DNA from: Folioceros fuciformis
Lineage: Eukaryota
Assembly (NCBI GenBank): GCA_049999805.1
Contig: JBNGIO010005977.1
Span: 104,077 to 146,964, forward strand
Length of the DNA stretch: 42,888 bases
Direction of reading: 5' to 3'
Of this stretch, positions 34,301 through 42,888 are shown one piece after another; positions within the stretch are counted from its first letter, which is position 1, and each line of letters opens with the position of its first letter. The notes under the pieces are model-generated. The model saw nothing but the letters and a program-made list of their open reading frames with translations, ran no database searches and was not told the DNA's origin. A program made the position numbers and the translations under genes.

Positions 34301-34636
34301 CTGCCAATAACCTTGTGAAGAGCACATGCATAACATTATCACAAGAGTTGGAATCCTATACATCTTGGAGATATAAAGCATAAGGCACTTGAGAATATAA
34401 CATAGTCCAAAGCATAAAATAAATGACAGTATCCATATATCTAATAAATTAACTAAAAATATACTAGAAAAGAAAAAAATATATTCTAATACACCCAAAC
34501 CTAGTACACACCCAAACCAAATAAATACCCAGGCTCCGTGGAACAAAAGTGCACATTAAGAACAATGAAACCCATTAAACTTCATATAAGGGAAGAGAGA
34601 AGAAAGCAAGTCTGTATCCAGTGAAATGTAAGGGGT

Positions 34637-34811
34637 GATGCTTAACAAAAGGCCTACGGCTAGCAGAAAAGAGAGTGTTCGCACATGCAACAAGTTGGAC
34701 ACTACTAATGATGATGCTTAACAAAAGGCCTACGATTAATAAAAAATAGAGTGTTCACACATGCAACAAATTAGACACCATTAATGATGATGCTTAACAA
34801 AAGGCCTACGG
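34637..34811. repeat. 76-bp tandem repeat, 2.3 copies
   Basis: gatgcttaacaaaaggcctacg at 34637, 34713 and 34789, with similar intervening sequence (gagtgttc(g/a)cacatgcaacaa). Confidence 0.9.
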
Positions 34812-35530
34812 TGTCATTTTGACCATGTCCTAAGCTTGGTCCTGGCCCTCACATGTGTTAAAAAGCTGGGAACCGAGGCTAGTGAAAAGTGCAGTCTTTT
34901 TTGGTCCCATCTTTTTCCACGGACTTGACGATTCCAAATAGAATGGTACATATTGTTAAAGCCCTTGACGGTTCCAAAATGGAATGGTATTGTTAAAGCC
35001 TTGAAAGAGTTGTCTCCACAGCAGAATATACCAGACATATATTACTATATTTGAATAATTTATTTAATATTTATTATGTATAACGACCGACAGTCGAAAA
35101 ACAGGTGCGGTCCCCGTGTGGGAGAGTAGCAAAGCTAGGCGGTCCCGAGGACTGAAACAAAGCTCGGTTAAAAGGACACCCTGAGCTCAATGTGAGTAGC
35201 CCTTCAGTATCGTCGGCGCACATCCATGCTCCTCTAGCGAAATAGAGAGAGAGAGGGATAAATACTGGAATTGTACATCCGCTTAAACCCCTGCATCCCC
35301 CTGTGGAAGATAGGCAAGGAAGGAACCAAGGCCACCAGATTGTTGGGTCAGGCGATCCTGACTGAATTCCTGGACTCTGTTTGTGGGCATCGTTGACGTT
35401 GCAGGATTTGTTTGGCACTTCGGATGGGCGCCGCCCATGTGCGCTGGAATGCGCAGTTTGGGCACGCTGAGATTGCCGGGATTGTTGGGGCCCTGGTGTA
35501 GGTACCGTGCTGGTGCAGGAGCAGAGGGCC

Positions 35531-40784
<5,254 letters not shown>

Positions 40785-42379
40785 CATCATAGATCAAGCA
40801 GTCAGCTTTCCAGGTTTTGAGGCTCTGGTTCCTTGTGCAATTCTGTTTTGTCAGCTGTACAACTTGTAGACCACCTATTCCTCCTTTACCAGCGTCCACA
40901 ATGCGTTGAGAAAAGACATTGCAGCCACGACGAATCCACCGTACCGAGTTCTTGTGCAATTTGAGCTTCAGGGAGAGAGCAGGATAGCAAATCAGGCTTG
41001 AGCTGCGCTAACGTTCGACATGGCCCACGGTTTCTTGTACATGAGGTCGGGTGCAAGCATGGGGATGATGGTGCTTTGACCCTGCTGACTGTCTAACGGC
41101 ATGCGCAATGTGGAATCTTGTTTGTATTCTTCGCGTGAAGAGGACACGGCATTTCAAGTGCCCACTGATGTCGTCCGCATTGTTTTGGAACCATGTCCAG
41201 TAACCGGGCACAGAATTCCTGGTTTATTCGATCGTATTCGGATTTGAAAGTTGAATTCAGCCTGGCTCAGAAACCCTAAGCCCTACAGAGGAAACGGAGA
41301 GAACGAGAACCCTGGCCATTGCCAGTCTTCAACGCTTCAGAGCCTTGGGGATTCCAGTAGTTCTACTATCATTGGTCAGGTTACAAGGACGATGGAACTG
41401 CTAGAGCCGAATGAGAACCCGACATAGTCTAGTTGCGGATCCGTGTCAAGCGATCTGGCACTGAACTCGTAGTTCACATCGACAGGGACGTGTGCTACTA
41501 CCTCCACTTTGTGGAACGAACCTTCCCATCGTGGTCGGCTGGAAGCTGAGCTCAGAAACAGTGGGAAAGAGGAAACGGAGAGCAGTGGATCCCTCCTGCG
41601 TCCAGACGAGAGCAAAGGATTATTATGCAGATCCAGGGGAGAAGGTGCATGATCACGAAAGAGTGTGTAAACTGATCGATCTCCACAAACTTGCAGTCAT
41701 TCCTGGATGCATAATTAGAAAAATGACAGCCATGCACCCTGGCAAAAGTCTGCAGATTGCGTGCACAGTTAGACACATTGGGTCGTGCATACACGCAGAC
41801 ATTGAGTCGGATCAGTCCACTGTGTAGACAAAGAGTACACTGCTGCGGTATGGCCTGGTTGGGTTGACGGCCCAGCTAACCGCATGCGCCTTCGCGTACA
41901 AAATCCCCTTGAAACATGCTTTCTGGCTCCTCCCTTGCAACCGATCAAGAGCTTCCTCTGTATCCGAGCCACAACTTTGGCACATGACGTGAACCTCCGC
42001 AGTCAAGAGCCCATAATGGCGAATGGCCACGGGCATGGGGTGCTTATCAGAAGAATCAAGCGTCAGAGAGTCGAGGACGTCTGTGAAAGTCTCACCCAGG
42101 GATCGGATTTTCGAGCCAGGAATGACAAAAACAGCTCGAAACTCCAAAACAAGATAGTTTCTCACCTTTAGAAAGAATCGACCTGGAGTATTGCCAATAC
42201 TGCTGTCAGAGGTTCAGTAAGACACACGGGCCAGCCCACGTTCTAGGTGCTTGGACCATGATTTCTAGGGGATGAAAGATGGTCAGGCAAACACAAGCCA
42301 ACGTGTGTTAGAAACGCTTCAGGTAACCTTTTTACTGGTACAGGAACTTGGACATCATCCATCATTCAACTGCTACGCA

Positions 42380-42888
42380 TCATCTCTTTCTACCACCACG
42401 CTCCTTCAGGCCTAGAGAGACCGTCTCCCCTGGACCCACATTGTAGAACGCCAAAGAGGCACTGTCTTTGAGCACATTCGAGTGGAAGGACAACTTCTGC
42501 TTGTTGGCTGCTAAAGATAACTCACTGCCAATTTTCTCCTTCAGGCTGCCGACTGTTTCAGCTAGTGACTGAATGGTCAAATCCAGAAATTGCCCCTTCA
42601 AATTGCTGTCTCCCTCCACTGTAGGGACCGAGACCACAATCCGGACAGCTCCCTGCAACCAAATGCAATATGTTATGGTGACTTACCAAATAAGCTTCAA
42701 ACCCAACACAAAAACAAAAACAGGAGAGACGTATGGCCAAATCCAGTGGGACGCCTAAAACGATGGTGCGATGCAAAAGGGCATGAGAATTAAGTACCGG
42801 ATGCTGAGCAAGCCACTGGTCCTCTGGGATAGTATCATCCACTTTCTGCCTCTTGGGTTCAGGCTCGTCTGGGGGAGGTGGTGGATCT
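42380..42888 (-). CDS. SF3A1: Splicing factor 3A subunit 1 (Prp21/SAP114), 3' part with C-terminal ubiquitin-like domain; exons >42888-42797 and 42652-42380
   Basis: PPPPPDEPEPKRQKVDDTIPEDQWLAQHP|GAVRIVVSVP...TVGSLKEKI...ANKQKL...LKDSASLAFYNV...LGLKERGGRKR*. The gene runs off the window edge. Confidence 0.93.

Overview
Eukaryotic nuclear DNA from a compact, intron-rich plant genome (GT-AG introns mostly 70-140 bp). The gene set points to a non-seed land plant with ciliated sperm; a hornwort-like bryophyte is my inference. Left gene block (2.2-15.5 kb): SKIP8-like F-box/NTF2-like gene (-), FOUR LIPS/MYB88-like R2R3-MYB (-), type-II prohibitin (+), FMC1-like LYR protein (-), a 15-exon ERK7/MAPK15-type MAP kinase with DLG in place of DFG (+), and a RING-HC/coiled-coil gene (-). 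A ~19 kb transposon island (16-35 kb) follows. It holds a decayed pogo/Tigger element with TIRs, a 9.5 kb L1-type LINE bounded by an exact 16-bp target-site duplication, and a decayed PIF/Harbinger element whose inter-ORF spacer carries four ~180-bp repeats, each centred on a decayed 31-bp palindrome. The right block has a 16-exon FtsHi1/ARC1 gene (+; one GC-AG intron, acidic C-terminal extension), an unidentified spliced locus, and the 3' end of SF3A1 (-). The two most unusual signals are (i) an 18-bp x 26 minisatellite at 1106-1573 whose variants are mostly synonymous in an Arg-rich frame, (GLRRHR)n, that is absent from the ORF track, and (ii) the palindrome-bearing array inside the Harbinger element. 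Family assignments rest on motif recognition from memory; no database search was run.
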